Source of the DNA: Vicugna vicugna
Lineage: Eukaryota
Length of the DNA: 64,000 nucleotides
NCBI GenBank assembly: GCA_013265495.1
Contig: MU058781.1
Location: forward strand, 7,359,009-7,423,008
Reading direction: 5' to 3'
A program made the position numbers and the translations under genes. Numbering within the stretch: the stretch's first letter is position 1; each line of letters begins with the position of its first letter. Of this stretch, positions 27,820-41,757 are shown in pieces. Below the pieces are notes generated by a model, which searched no databases, was not told the origin of the DNA, and was given only the letters and a program-made list of their open reading frames with translations.

Positions 27820-28133
27820 CAGTTTTTCCATATCCACACCAACACTAATTACTGTCTGTTCTTTTGGTTATAGCCATGTTAGTGGATGGGAAGTCGTAAC
27901 TCATTGTGGTTTTGATTGGCCATTCCTTAATGACTAATGATGTTGATCACCTGTATGTGTGTTTATTATTTTTTTGTATATATTTGTTGGAAAAATGTCT
28001 ATTCAAGTCTTTTGCCCATTTTAATTGGATTATTTGTCTTTTTATTGTTGGATGTCAATGAGTTCTATAAAGAACTCTAGTGTGCATACTAGACCCTTAT
28101 CAAAATATATCGTTTGCAAAAATTTTCTGTTGT
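27820..28133 (-). mobile_element. L1 ORF2 3' fragment
   Basis: ctcattgtggttttgattggccattccttaatgactaatgatgttga...ggaaaaatgtctattcaagtcttttgcccattt. Confidence 0.85.
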
Positions 28134-28145
28134 AAGACATTGATT

Positions 28146-28417
28146 CTTTTTTTTAACTGAAGTACCGTCAGTTACAATGTGTCAGTTTCTGGTGTGCAGC
28201 ACAATGTCCCAGTCATGCATATACATACATATATTCATTTTCATATTCTTTTTCATTAAAGATTATTACAAGATATTGAACACAGTTCCCTGTGCTATGC
28301 AGCAGAAACTTTTTTAAAATCTATTTTTATATATAGTGACTAACATCTGTAAATCTCAAACACCCAAATTTATCTCTTCCCACCCCCTCTCCCCAGTAAT
28401 AATAAGATTGTTTACTA
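28146..28417 (-). mobile_element. 5'-truncated young L1 3' end with 12-bp TSD
   Basis: Same family as 12440-12732; TSD aagacattgatt at 28134-28145 and 28418-28429. Confidence 0.9.
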
Positions 28418-29289
28418 AAGACATTGATTTGTAACCTTTTTTGGTATTATGTACAGCATTTTAAGAATCTGATGAATCCATGGGCTCTCATAGCAAAGTG
28501 CACACTCTGTAAAATTTTGCGCGTGTTTTCAGGGATTTCACAAAGCATCCTGAGGCCACTCCATGGAAATCTTAAGAGTCTACGTCTCTCCACCTCTCCC
28601 CAGGTTGTGTATGACAATGCACTGCAATGAAATGAAGAAAATCACTCTTTCGGCAGGTGCTGTGAGGATCCCATTTGGCGACAGAACAGTCTTGTCGGGA
28701 AGTTGCCTTGAGACACCTTCTTAGAGTCGGCAGTTCAATTCAGAGCTAAGTGTGTGGAGTCTTCAGAGAAGAGAAGGAAACTTCATGAGACAGGGAGAGA
28801 TTTTTTTTTCCCCTCTTTTTAGGTGGGGTAGAGAGAAGGGAGAGAGAACTTTGGCCAACTGAGAAACAGAGAGGGCTGGAGAAGCGAATTCCCAGGACAT
28901 ACCCTGATGAATCAGAAGTAGATGGATGTTTCCCTCGGGCTGATCAACAGCACTTGCTTAACTACCTTTGTCATGTCTGCTTCTCAACTAGAGAGAAAAG
29001 GATGAAGTGAAACAGTGAGAGCTATTTAAACAGACAACTGGAAGCCAGAGGCTGGGGAACGTTTAGACCTTTCTATTTTTCTAAAGCCTGTTGCTGGGGG
29101 AAAAAAAAATCATGAATCTAAATACTAATTTTTTGGACATGCAAAGTTACTATTTAAGCCAAACTTAATGTCTCATGACAAATTTCCTCCCTTCTGTCTA
29201 ACATTATTATCTTTTCTTTTCAAGAATAATCAAAAAAATTGTGCTCATCGTTTCAGAATTAGGAATTTCAAGGCATCATAGAAACGTAG

Positions 29290-29460
29290 CATTTAAAGGG
29301 GTCTAGAATTTAAGCCTTACACTTAATTCCCTATTCATCATGCTTGGTAAAAGATCACTGAGGTTTTGCTTGAAGACTCCTGATGAAGGGGAAGTCACCA
29401 CCTTATAATAAGCCACCCAGTTGACTTGATCTAACTTAGAGAAAATCCCTTCTTCACTGC
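29290..29460 (-). mobile_element. CR1/L3-type 3' fragment
   Basis: tgcttgaagactcctgatgaaggggaagtcaccacctt...ctaacttagagaaaatcccttct. Confidence 0.5.
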
Positions 29461-29559
29461 GCTGAAGTGCGCCTCTTGTACTTCTGACTCTCATCACACG
29501 TTATGCCACTTGGAACCAAAGTATGAAAACTATAGGTAACTCTCTATTTACCACCATCT

Positions 29560-29780
29560 CTGCCATTTATGTGGTAGGTTCTTTATATTATATTATATTT
29601 ATATTATTATTCACTTAGACAATTAATCATCACAACTCAGGAAGGTAAATGTATCTCTTCCATTTAATAAGTAAGAATTGAGAATTGAATTCATGGCTCA
29701 GAGAAAATAACCCAGAGACTGGGATTTTAACGTTGGTCTAGATGATCCCAATGTCTAAGTGATTTCTACCAACTATCACT
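29560..29780 (-). mobile_element. MIR fragment
   Basis: ttaatcatcacaactcaggaaggtaaatgtatctcttccattt...gagactgggattttaac. Confidence 0.55.
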
Positions 29781-31949
29781 GTCTCTCTAAAAATGACTAA
29801 TTCTTTTTTTTTTACCTGAAAGGTTTAAATAATAGAAGATAATGCTATTTCTCACTATTCCCTCTTCACTAAGCAAATAGCCTCAGATTCTTCTAAGCAA
29901 AACCATATATTAAATATTTCTTTCTTGTTGCAAAGCTCTGTGCCAGGTACTCTAAACAACACTCTTTTGAGTGGGAAGTTGGTTTCTTAATGAATTAACT
30001 CACAATCCAACACCCACAAGAGAAGGTAATACTGTACAGGACTGTACTCCTAGAGCAAAGTGCAGTGGACCATTGAGGATGAATAACCCCGTCCACTGGG
30101 CACTTGGCCTTTGCAATTATTTTGTTAGGTCATACTTTCTTCTTTCTCTTTCTCTTTATATCTACAAATCAAGGTCAGTCGTCACTTTCTTAATGTTACT
30201 TTGCTGCTGGAAAAAATATTAGATATCTAGTTTTTACTTGACAAATGGTAACACCTTTGTTTTCATTTGTTCTCGTGGTTTACAAGATTTAAATAGAGAC
30301 AAGCAAGCTGGGGAATTTCCATCTGTCCATTGAGTTAGACTTGCATCAAGGTAGATGCTCCTAAAGATATAGAAATGGACTGAAGAAGTCACCATTCCTG
30401 ATGAATACAGTCTGGAGGCCATATGGCCAGTGATGTCCCACTTTTTCACCAGATTTTTAAGTCTTGACAATTATGTTACTCATATGGATAGATACAGAGC
30501 AGGCTCTTGAATTACTAGTGCTGCATGGCTGTGACTGGATGCCTTGAAGATTTCTGCAATGACCAGGCATCGGATTTTCAATAAAATTTCTCTGAATTTT
30601 CACATCTCTTGATATATAGTAGGGCCTTCATATTAGACGAGGGGCATTGTAGATGAGTCCACACTAGGACGTTTGTGTGTGTGTATTTGTGTATTTTCAT
30701 GCCTTTGAATGCCTCATAGGCATGTTTTTAGAGTTGTGACTAAAAATTAATTCTTCACTGTTTAAACAATGTTTTCCCAAATCCTTTATGGACCTAGCAT
30801 GATTCTGTTTATTTTTATACCCTGTTATTTCATGGATTCAGGAAGGGTTTAAAACCAGTGTTTTTAATAGAAAGGTCTTATATTAGTGAACAGGGAACTG
30901 AAGCCTGGGAACCCTCTAAGTTTGTAGCACTGATGATGGACGCAGGCTACTTCTGAGTTTGCCCTGATTCGCTCAGCTGACTGTGTAGGTGCAGTAGAAG
31001 GTCCCCATAGATTGTTCTGGGAAGACATGAGGAAGTGGAATCCTTTCCTGGGCAGGCAAGCATGAAAGAGAAAAGGAGAGCAAGCAAGGCATGTAATAAA
31101 AACACGTAAAATCTCTGTTTAAATATGTATTGAAGATTGTTTAAAAATATTTTGTTTTTGCCTTTTGGCAAAGCACTGCAGTGATTCCTGGGGATGCCTT
31201 AGAGGTGTTGTTTGTAAATGATAGTTTTTTCCACTAGTTATTGTAGTTATTATTAACTTATTCATTCTGCCAATATTTACTGAGTGTCCGATGCTGTCCT
31301 AAGTTTGGCGCTCTAGTGATAAACAAGACTGAGACAGTCCCTACCCTTATGGAAATTCTGTGAGTAGCAGAATAGAGTGAATTTGTATTTCACAAAGAAA
31401 GAAATAACCGAATTTCAGATGAAAAAGGCATTTTTTTTGTTTGTTTAAAGAAATCTGTCCTTTAAAAAGCTACCTCCATTCAATGATATAGTATAGAATT
31501 TTAGGATTGTGCAATAAATATTTGTGGACCGATGTTATTACTAAGCAATGCTAATGTCTCAGCTAATATTGTCACTATGTTCAAGACATACTGGTCTGCT
31601 GCCTGGCCTCTCTCCTGAAGGCCAGACACATCTCTGAATTCTGGAGAAAGCCTTAATGTGAGCTCCAGGTATTCACAACAGTTTGTTGGGTCTGGCAACC
31701 CAGAGGGAGTAGCTACTAGGGGGGAAAGAACGGAAGGAAGTCCTCAAGTTTATTTATCCCTTTATCTCTTTTTGTAAACAAGTTACCTAAGTTCCAGAGA
31801 GCAGAAGGCCCCGAGATGTGACAGAGCCAGGCTGTCCAGTTCCCAGTGGAGTCACCTTTCTCTCTCACCCTCCCTGTAGTTGGGCCATTATAACGTTTCT
31901 TTGGAACAGAAAGTGTCCACCATGATAATAGGAAGCTCTTTGTCTCTTT

Positions 31950-32045
31950 CAGTCACCACTGCATCCCCAGTGCCAGAATAGTGCCTGAGATGTAGTAGAT
32001 GCTCAGTAAATGTTGATGAAGGAATTAATAAGCGAATGAAATAAA
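31950..32045 (+). mobile_element. L2 3' end
   Basis: caccactgcatccccagtgccagaatagtgcctgagatgtagtagatgctcagtaaatgttgatgaa. Confidence 0.75.
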
Positions 32046-33163
32046 GGCTATTGATCACAATTAAGTAAAGTTTGCAGGAGATCATGAAAATTCAGTTTTG
32101 CGAACAACATAGTAAATCCAAAGGCATGTAGAGTTTTTTCAGTGGCCGTATTCATCTTTCCCACTTGTGTCTTGGTGGCCACCTGCACTGCTTTCTGCTG
32201 CCTGTATCACTAGGTTAGAACATCAAGTGAAGTTCACTCAATCAGAAATCATTCATTCAACCAATAGGTAGTTGGCTATGCAAAAGGTTTCAGGGAATTC
32301 TCCACAAATAGGTTTTTATTAAAAAAAAAACAAAACCAATCACTTGAATTAGAGAGGAGAGGCCAAGGGATGGTCTAATTTACACCTTGTATCCTGGCCT
32401 GCAGCCTCTTAGCATAGCTGGACCAGCACAGCAGTAAGTAAGTGAACCCCCGGAGAAGAGCAGGCTGCCCAGGGAGACTGTTGTCTGGCTAGAGGGTACA
32501 GTTGATTAATAAGACAAAGAGTTGAGAAAGGAAAGATGGCTCAGTTTCCTTGAAAAATCCTTGTTTTCGTTTTGTTCCTTTTATCCCATGACCCCAGATG
32601 AGGTATTTCTTGGCATAAGCCCTTAAGAGAAAGGTTCCAGCATGTCCCATTTACCACAGAATATTTCAGATTTATTTCAGCACCATTCACAGCAGCCAAA
32701 GAATGTTTGGGGTTATGAATGGAGGTAGTTAAAGAATGGCTTATTATTTCTGCACCTAAGTTAGCTGAAAGTAGACACTATAAAAGGTATCTCAGAAAGT
32801 AAATGTTTTCCCTATCAAAGTTATACCATGAGGTACAATTATAAAGGATTTGATTCTTATAAGTAATCACCTAGCATGTTCCCCAGTATCCTTCAAGACA
32901 CACAAGCGATTTGGACTTGAGGCAAGACAGCTATCTAGATAAAGGAGTGATGTAAGTTTTGATTCTAAGCAATTAATTAACTGATCTGAAAACCTTAATA
33001 CTTATTTGATACCATAAGCCTGGTTTAAGTATTAGAAGACAGGATGTCCTGTATGTTCTACTAGTAACATTCTGTATGACTGACCTTAGAAAAGCCACTC
33101 GTGTGCTCCATATCTTAGTTTCCTTATCTAAAAAATGAAAATAATAGCCACCCCAAGGCTACC

Positions 33164-33536
33164 TATTGTGGGGTGAATTAAAACGTGCAAAAAGTTACAT
33201 TGAAGCCTTCATCTCCTGGAACTGTGAATATGACCTTATTTGGAAACAGGGTCTTTGAAGATGTAATCAAGTTAAGATAAGGTCATTAGGGTGGACCCTA
33301 ACTGCATCTGACTGTTTTTCTTCTAAGAAGGGGGAAACTTGGATGCAGAGGCACACAGAGAGAAGGTCACGTGAACTACAAAAGCACCAGAAGCTACCAG
33401 AGTCTCAGAGGGAGCCCGATACAGCTGACAACTTGATTTTGGATTTCTAGCCTCCAGAATGGAGAGTATACATTTCTTTCGTTTTAAGACACCCAATCTG
33501 TGGTAATTGGTTATAGCAGTCCTAAAAGTGAATTCA
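33164..33536 (+). mobile_element. MaLR solo LTR (MLT1A/B/C-like) inserted into a MIR, 5-bp TSD
   Basis: tgtgaatatgaccttatttggaaacagggtctttgaagatgtaatcaagttaagat...gtggtaattggttatagcagtcct; TSD ctacc at 33159-33163 and 33537-33541; MIR pieces on both flanks. Confidence 0.88.
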
Positions 33537-34369
33537 CTACCTAAGTCACATATTATGAGGTTAAAAATAATAATACCTGTGGAAAATGTTCTGACATCTC
33601 CTTCATCAGGATAAATTGCGATCAAAATAAAAAGATTGCTTAAACTTTTTACATCTTAAGACGTAACCAAAATGAACTTCTTTAAAGCAAACAGTGTTAT
33701 GGAAAAGATAAATGTAACACTCTGTTACAACTACTTTTTAATCACTAAAAAATATCTCATAACAAGATTTTAGCCTTAAAAATGTCTCCAGTAGTACTCT
33801 GAAAATGCAGCAGTTCCTAAACATTCTTGAATAGTTAATTTTCTGCCTTTTTTCATTTTATAGGTTTAAATGATCTCTTTCCCTGGGTACATGAGATTTT
33901 TCCAAGGAAGCTTGAGCGTCTTACTCATTATACTTAGAGTTTTGGCTTTCCCACAGCTTACACAATAACTAGGAAATTAAAACATAGCAAAATGTAAACA
34001 AATTTTCTGAAATGTAGCCACAAAAATCCCTTTATAGGTCTGATTCTCCATTCACCACCCCAATAACTACAGAGGTGAAATACTATCCAATTGTAGTCGT
34101 TTTGCAACGTTCTTTGTTAATCCGAAAGAGTAGTTAGTCCAAAATAGCACATTCATCATGTCAGAAATGATGCTATGCTTTAGAGAGGATTGTGGTTTAT
34201 TCCCCCTTCTATATATGTCTCGGAGATAAACGGTCTATGAGTGGAATTGTTGTTATTATTGTTGTAGACACTTGTTAGTAGTTCCTCTTTATTTGTCCTG
34301 ATTTCCTTGAATTTGAATTGATCTGAGCAGAAGATGAGAGTTAAATGTATCAGACTAAAAACTCAGAAA

Positions 34370-34640
34370 CTAGTTTACATCCTCTCATTTTACAGATAAG
34401 GGAAGCAACACATAGCTGCTCAGTGACCTGTTGAAGGTTACAGGGGGATTTGGTGACAGAACAGAATTCCAGTTGCCTGACTTCATCCAGTGCGGTGTTC
34501 TTTCTTCTGTAAAACTGTAACGGTCAGACAGACTGGGTATTAGTTCCCAGATCTCTCACTTACTAGCTATGTGACTTTGAATAAGTCTCTCAAATTTTCT
34601 GAACATGCCTCTTATAGTTTATAAAATGAAAAAAAAATCA
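34370..34640. mobile_element. Two MIR fragments in opposite orientation
   Basis: cattttacagataaggg...gtgacctgttgaaggttaca (minus); cacttactagctatgtgactttgaataagtctctc (plus). Confidence 0.65.
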
Positions 34641-37600
34641 GGCTAGTAAAAGCTATGGTCTAGCTAAGAGAGAAATACGCAGAGTATATCCAAGCTGAGA
34701 AAAGTTCAGTTTCCTACTCCTCCATCCCTTTGTCACATTAACTACCACTTGTCCTTTCTTTCTCAGACATGGCTTTGGGGACATTGCTTCCTTGACCCTC
34801 AAAGACTTGCATAAGACCCTTCTTTGTGCACTTGTAGTCCCTGGGTTGTTCCTAGTGTATAAGCTCTCCCCTCGCTCCGCTCCAGCTGCCTGATTATTGG
34901 ACTATCGATCTTTGATTACAGGAACTGTGTCACATTCACTATGATACTTTGGTACCTAGGACAGCACTCGGGGGAGAAAAAAAGCTGTTCAGTGAATGAT
35001 CAATGAATGAATTGTTTAGTGCACACATTCTAGGGGGAGGTGTTTTGGAAGCATATCTTCTCATGGAAAGAATCTCATCTTTTCCACAACTGCTACCAAT
35101 GTAAAGCTTGGAGAAGCTCTCACACATTGTATGGATAATTCTTTTCCCAGCGATTTTTTTTTACCTTCATGGTTATGTTTTGCTTAGGATACTGGAAAAA
35201 TGAATACATTACCTGAGTATATACTGACTAAGGGTGGAGGGAGTCTAGGAAGCCCCAGGCAATCATAGTTTCTCCAGAGAAAATTCACTCCAGAATCATG
35301 TCTTCACTGACCATAAGCCATAGTGTACTAAACATAGTATATAAACTAAAGATTTCTGGCGTAAAAGAGGAAGTTGTAGAAGACTTGAAAAAGCTCCAAA
35401 GTTATTGTCAAATTTCCTGGATCTGAGCCCAGGCTTCAGTGTTCTTATTTATAACATGGAGATACCAACATCCACCTCATAGAATTTTTGTGAAGAACCA
35501 ATATGAAAATGTTCATGAACACACATTGTAGATGGTGAAGCACTACATGAATGTAGAGATGTAGAATTATGAGTTGATTACTGACCTGGAGGATGACAGC
35601 TAATTCCTTTGCTTGCTTTAGTATCCAGGACTAGCAAATGGAGAAAATTGGTCATTTAATCTTATTAGAAACCAGGATGCTATTGACAGTGTGCTAGGGT
35701 TACTCAGCCACTGATGCTCGGTGACTGCTGGAATGCTCCAGTTTGTGCTCAGGGAGCAGAAGGAAGAATAAGGCACGAACAAGCATTAACTCCTGGAACA
35801 TCTAATGCTAATAATAGCAGAAATTTGAATGAATAGCAACACTTTTCCTCTAATACTAAAGCTCTGTTCAAACATGCTTTTCAGAGGGCAAAAGTCTGAA
35901 ATTCTCAAATTATTTCTTTTTAACGGACCTTTCATCTGCATGGTTCCTGAGCTGTGAGTCCAGGTACCCCCAGGATATACATACTTGACGGTAATAACAG
36001 CTATCACACTTGCCTGAGAAGTTCGGTTTAACTCTAGTGTTGTGTCCAGAGCTCTCTCTAGGGCACCCTAAATCAAACCGAGGCCCCTGTACTGCCCTTT
36101 GACAGCACCCATACCAGTAGACCTAAGCAGTACTTCTTGGAGGCCATAACTATTTCCAGCTATTGCTAAAACGTATTCTGAAAGCGACGCCATTCAGCCA
36201 GCCTCACAATAGTCACCGAGATGGAATTTCTACTGTCTTTCACGTCCTCTTCCAAGGATACCTGAGGTTTCTTGACCTGTTTTCCCTTCTAGTGTTCTTA
36301 CATTTAACCAACGGCAGCAAGGTAAATGGTTTGTGGATTAAAAAGACAGCCATCACCACACACATGCATACTTGGGATAAAATCCTAGGGTTCCCTGGCA
36401 TATTTGGTCAAAGATACAGAACTCCCCATCAGTGAGGAGGCTACACAGTGTAGGTCCAGATGTACCTACCCTTTGACAAAGGGTTTTCCTTTGTTTCCAT
36501 CTTAGTTGCTAACACATTCTAAGCAGGTAAAATCCCATCAGAATTGAGAGAGGAGATAAATTCTTGCTATTGCCCTTTTATATTTAGGCGTATAGCTTCA
36601 GTATCTCAATTGTCGAAGAACTTGCAGTAATCATCTGTCTTCCATATCAGGGAATATTTACAGATATAATGCTCTTCTGATCCTTGAACCAAATGCCTCA
36701 TTGGCAAACCCACATCCTCATCCAGGTAGCAAGAGCAAAGTTTTTGTTAAAGTGTCCCTTGAACAGACATGTATGCCTACATTGCCAGTGTCCTAGAAAG
36801 CTTGTGTCCTGTGTACCTGCTGAGAAATATTCAATGGGTGGAAGTTGTAAGGATGAGATGGGAAGCACAGAGAGTCATTTTCCCAAAAGTAGAATTATAG
36901 GTGTGACTGGTTGTTCTGCTCCCTGCAGAGTGACACCTTTGAGAAGGTTCAAAAATCTCATCCCTCAGCAGCAATTGTAGCTCCCAGACATCGACATAGA
37001 AAATGGAAGATGCCATGAGTGGTGAGGAAATCATCCCACTGAGATGTCTCCTGCTGACACTTGCTCTTTGTTTATAAGGTCACCAGGGAGGATTTTCTCT
37101 GTTATTTCACTGAAGTTCTCTTCCATCCTTTAGAAAACATGCAAGTTCAGGGAAGGATTCCAGTATATTAAAACTAATGTTTTTATTTTTCACTTTTTGT
37201 AAAAGGCTCATAGACTGTTTTAGAACCAAAAGAAAAACCTGTAGATAGTTTTTGCTCCTTGTTTTTCATTTTTGAATAAAACCAGGTAGGTTTCACTATA
37301 AAGGCTATTTAAAAATGACCACTATATAAAGACATTTTTCTTTTAAAGTTACAAATTAGCCATTGTAGATTTCAGCAAATTTTTTTGAACGTTGCATGTG
37401 ATTTAATGATTTCAGTTATGACTTAATATTTGAGTAATGTCACTACTTTCCAAATCTTCCATAATTATAATTCAATTTGTCAAAATTTACTTAATAGCCA
37501 TGTGCCTAAACATAAGGGAAACACTTGGTCTGTTTAGCAAACCTTCTGTCGGAGCAGAAACACAAGTAGACTGTAGCAGTTGATTACTGTTTTAGTGTGG

Positions 37601-40114
37601 GTAGGATGTGCCATATGATGCAAGATGGCTCCTGCCAACTAAGTCAGCACAGGATTTTGTTTAGCAGAATTTTGTTTAATAAGAAAGAGTTTTGATAAAT
37701 AGTCTTGTCTCAGATGGATTAAACTATTGATTTACCAATACTGTTCCTATCTCGACCCAAGGGGACACTGTTGATGCCACTTAGAAAATTACAAACTCTC
37801 TGCCATATGCATGTTGTCTAGCCCATGCTTCAACCCTATCACCTTTCAGCAGATTGCTTTAGACAAGAGATCTCATGGGCAAGGAATCTGCAATGCATAT
37901 AAGCTCACTTGCTGATTTAATACAAGAGAGTCCTAGACATTGACCTTGTCTTGAGTTATTCTAACTTGGCAGGGCTGTAACACTGCAAAGACCTGCAAAT
38001 CCCTTTTTAACAAGGCTACCTGAACCAAATGGCCCCAGTCCAAATACATGAAAATTTAAAGATGTCCAAGATATCAGTGGCCTTATAGTATTAAATAGGA
38101 AGACTGACACTGCCCTTAACTCAGGTCTACTTATTTATCCAGTCAAAGATTCTGTCTCCAAGCATAATAGCTGCTCTGTTATCACTTTATAAATTACTGT
38201 GCATATTATTTCAATAATGAACTGGGAGAAGGCATTCTGTTTGAAGATGTTAAAGGCACCAAATGCCCCACTAAAATCCCCAGATGTTCAATTATTTGAA
38301 AGAAATTATTTCTCCTCTAAGCAGATTGCATTTTTAATTTTTCCAAAAACAGCAGGTAGAATGGATATTATAATGTCCATAGATCCCATGGTCCTTGAAG
38401 TGCCCACAGGTATTGCAGCCAACCAAAGTTGTTCTCAAGGCAAGAGGCAGGCCAAGAACAGGATGCAAGTGCTCACAATTCTGCTTAGGAGTCCTTTCTT
38501 TCATCAGGAAAAAAAAAACCTATAATTTTCCAGGGTGAGAGGGAAATTGGCAATACCTACCTACTTGGCACTAAGTAAACCTAATTTGGCAAGATTTATA
38601 GTGTACCCATTGCAGAAATGATCCTGCGTGCACATCATGCACTGTGTCTAAAAAGGCAGCCTAATGCATTCTTTGCTACTTTAACGATGGTATATTGAGC
38701 ACAAGTGCTCTGTGAGTTTTGCATGGAGAGTTTTCCCTTGGCAAACATATCTACATTATTGTGTGTTGAAAATATCATATCATATATATCATATATATGT
38801 TTCTGCATCAGGGTATATGAATTTTACACTCTGTCGTTCTATTGTATGTAATTTTCTTTCAGCATAGTCTAGGCTGAACACTCCTGGTAAGAAGCAAAAA
38901 AAAAAAAAAATTAATGGATGCAAATGGAAGACTAAAGAAAGGTGAAGCAAGTTTTTAGAATAAGAAACGTGAGGCTTCGGTCCTTGTGGGAAGCATCCAT
39001 TGTGTATGCTCTGCTAAGTATTTTTCTTTAGCTGAGCTCATTTCCTTGCTGTAACATGATCAAGTTTGAGTAGGTGATTTCTTAGCCTAATGTCTATAAT
39101 AAGTCTGGTTAAACCAGAACAAACATCTATAGACAAAACTTTAACTTTACAATTCTGTACTCACATGTAGTCTATCTGTCTTAGTCCATTGGACTTCTCA
39201 GATCTAAACATGCCCATATTATAAAGACAGAATAAATACAGATAATTGTGGGTTTCTAAAGGAGTTTTCCTGTGAAAAGTTGTTCAGGGAGGTATTGATG
39301 GTTGAGCGCAAATGAGGAAGGGAGTGTTCTTGCATTCTGGGTTGGCAGGCACCCCACTAAAAATGAAATAAAGGAGTAACTGTTTCACTGAGTAGTCTGG
39401 ACGCTATAGAATACAAGCGTGAAACAATGTAATTTTCCCTTCAGTGCCTTCAAGCACTCTCTGTGGGTTAGTCCTTTCTCTGCCCCTGGATGAACCCTTA
39501 GACAGGTCTTATCCCTCAGATGATAAACAAACAGTCCCTTGTTTGGGGATTAAAACCTCAGTCTGATCCAATAATCACACAACTCCAGTCCAGAATATTA
39601 ATCAAGACTTCAAATGCCTGTCCAGGTAAGTCTTCTTCCTTCCCCCACCTTGTGCCTGACCCAGGCATGAAATCCTAGAGTGCAGGGAACGGTCAGGGTC
39701 ATTTCTTCAGTACTTCCTAGCTGTGGTTTTTTGACACCCTGGCTTTGGAGGGGATAATAAGGGAAGTAATAGACAATGGCAGAGTCTTAGTCTTCTTTGC
39801 CTGGTACCACTGTGATCTGCCCTTGGTGCCATCTAGATGTGGCAGCTGTCCAAAGATGAGCCTATCTTTTGGACAATTTTGTGGACATCTAGGGAACCCA
39901 CTGCCTCTTTTTCAGCTGGGCACAATTGTCCCCTTAGCTTCTGTGTTTCTTATAATCCAGCCCCCTGGAGAGACAGAAGCACGACTGATTGAAGGAGATG
40001 GAGTAAGATTTAGAACTAGGGCTAAGGTTAGGTGAGAGAGAAGAAACTAAACATGCCCTGAATTCATCATCAATTTCTCAGCCTAAAGGAGGCCTGAGCT
40101 AAGGGAAGGAGCAT

Positions 40115-40262
40115 TGTTTTTAATTGTGGTAAGAACATTTAGCATGAGATCGACCCTCTTAACAAAATTTTAAGTGTGCGATGCAGTATTGCTGATCATA
40201 GGCCCAGTGTGGTATGGCAGATCTGTAGAACTTTTTATCCTCTTGCATACCTGAAATTTTTA
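40115..40262 (-). mobile_element. Short L1 3' end fragment
   Basis: ttaattgtggtaagaacatttagcatgagatcgaccctcttaacaaaattttaagtgtgc. Confidence 0.75.
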
Positions 40263-40729
40263 TATTGGATAAGAGCTTAAAATTTTGATTTATTTCCATG
40301 GATGGGACTAAGATACTTAGGCTGAACAATTTTTTACTGTCCAAACTCAGAAACAAGTTGTTTATTATCTAGAGGTACTGGTACATAATGTGTCCTGTTT
40401 CACATTTTGCTTTCAGTCAAAAGGAAGAATTGCATTTTGCATCTTATTTTAACTGTGAAGTCATTGGACTACATAGATAAGATTAAGGTTCTTAAAATAT
40501 ACCTTAAAGTTTGAACAGCCTTTTCCCCATATCCTTAATTAAATATTGCCACCAATAATGCAATCACTCTTTCTGTAGGTAAACTACTTCTGTGCTTTCC
40601 TCTGGGCTTCTCTGTGAATCTCTGTGGTTCCTGAAGAAGGACATAAGGAATCCCAGGAGATATGAATTTGTAAGAAATATTTTGAAAAGAGATCAGGCTC
40701 ATCAGGGACCTGGTACTACAGCTCCCTTA

Positions 40730-41050
40730 TCCCCGTGTCATCTGCAATGATGAGTTGGAAATGAGTCACTGCAGTGAGACAGCACATGGTTTGAATGCCT
40801 TGGAAAGGAACATTTCTAATAATAACACTAGGACTAATGAGTTTCACATTAATTAATGAAAGTGACAGTAGTTGAATCTTATTCAAATAACATGAATACA
40901 AACAAAAACATGCCGAGGCTTGCTTGTCACACTGCTGCACTGAATGCTACAGTCTGTTAAATAGCTGGGCCTCGGCCAGCAAAATACCTGGAGTGCTTCA
41001 TGGAATAACAGCCAATAGTCTACCAGTCAGCATCCTAATAAATGTGAACT
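40730..41050. promoter_or_regulatory. Candidate enhancer / conserved non-coding element
   Basis: Unique sequence with AP-1 TGAGTCA near 40762, cattaattaatg palindrome and TGACAG; conservation not tested. Confidence 0.35.
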
Positions 41051-41551
41051 ATTCTTTCATGGCTTTAGGTATGAGAAGTGAAGGCTAGATGTCTGCATTT
41101 GTGAAAGAAAAGCCTCTCCTGTACTTTCCATATAACTATGAGGCTTCCATTATTGACTTTTTTTCCCCAAAACCATGTTACTAATGGTGGGGTCCTGAGA
41201 TTTTTCTCAGAAGGCCAATGAGTTCCTTCCAGACTGATCTCAGAGAGCAGGGTAGGTCCCCAAATAGAAAAGTGTTGTAATACTTCAATGCATTCTGTAA
41301 TCCTCTGTGGCTACCTGGGCTTTGCTTAGACATGGTGTGCTCTTTTATCAGCATGTGCCTATGGCCTGTGGTTGCAGCTTTACCTGAGCCAACTTTTGCA
41401 AGATTTTTTTTAACAATTGAGTGGGACTCAATGGGTAGAATTATAACATCAAATCATACTTTGTTTTCAGTATATATTCTCTCAACCTGCACCATTTTGC
41501 CTCTGTATTGCCAGAGAATTTTATAGATCCTTCCAACATAAGGGTTCTTAG

Positions 41552-41757
41552 AGCAGAGTTTCTCGATTTCAACACAGCTGACATTTTCAGCAGGATAATT
41601 CTTGTTTTTTGGGGATGTTCGCCACATCCCTGGCCTCTATCCACTAGATGCCAGTAGCAAGTCTCCCCCAGTTGTGATGACCAAAAATGTTTGCAGACAT
41701 GACCAGATGTTACCTGTGGAGCAAAATCACTCCTTACCCCCATTTAGGACCACAGCC
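41552..41757. mobile_element. MER20 (hAT-Charlie DNA transposon)
   Basis: catccctggcctctatccactagatgccagtagca...ccagttgtgatgaccaaaaatgt, MER20 signature. Confidence 0.88.

Noticed and set aside
30311..30320. Perfect NF-kB site GGGAATTTCC
   Set aside because: Single isolated motif with no supporting context
36981..37021. 41-nt AG...GTGAG micro-exon candidate (LPDIDIENGRCHE)
   Set aside because: Weak polypyrimidine tract, not frame-preserving, unrecognised peptide
40746..40945. Box C-like ATGATGA with a downstream CTGA (possible snoRNA)
   Set aside because: Spacing of ~190 nt is too long and no terminal stem is evident
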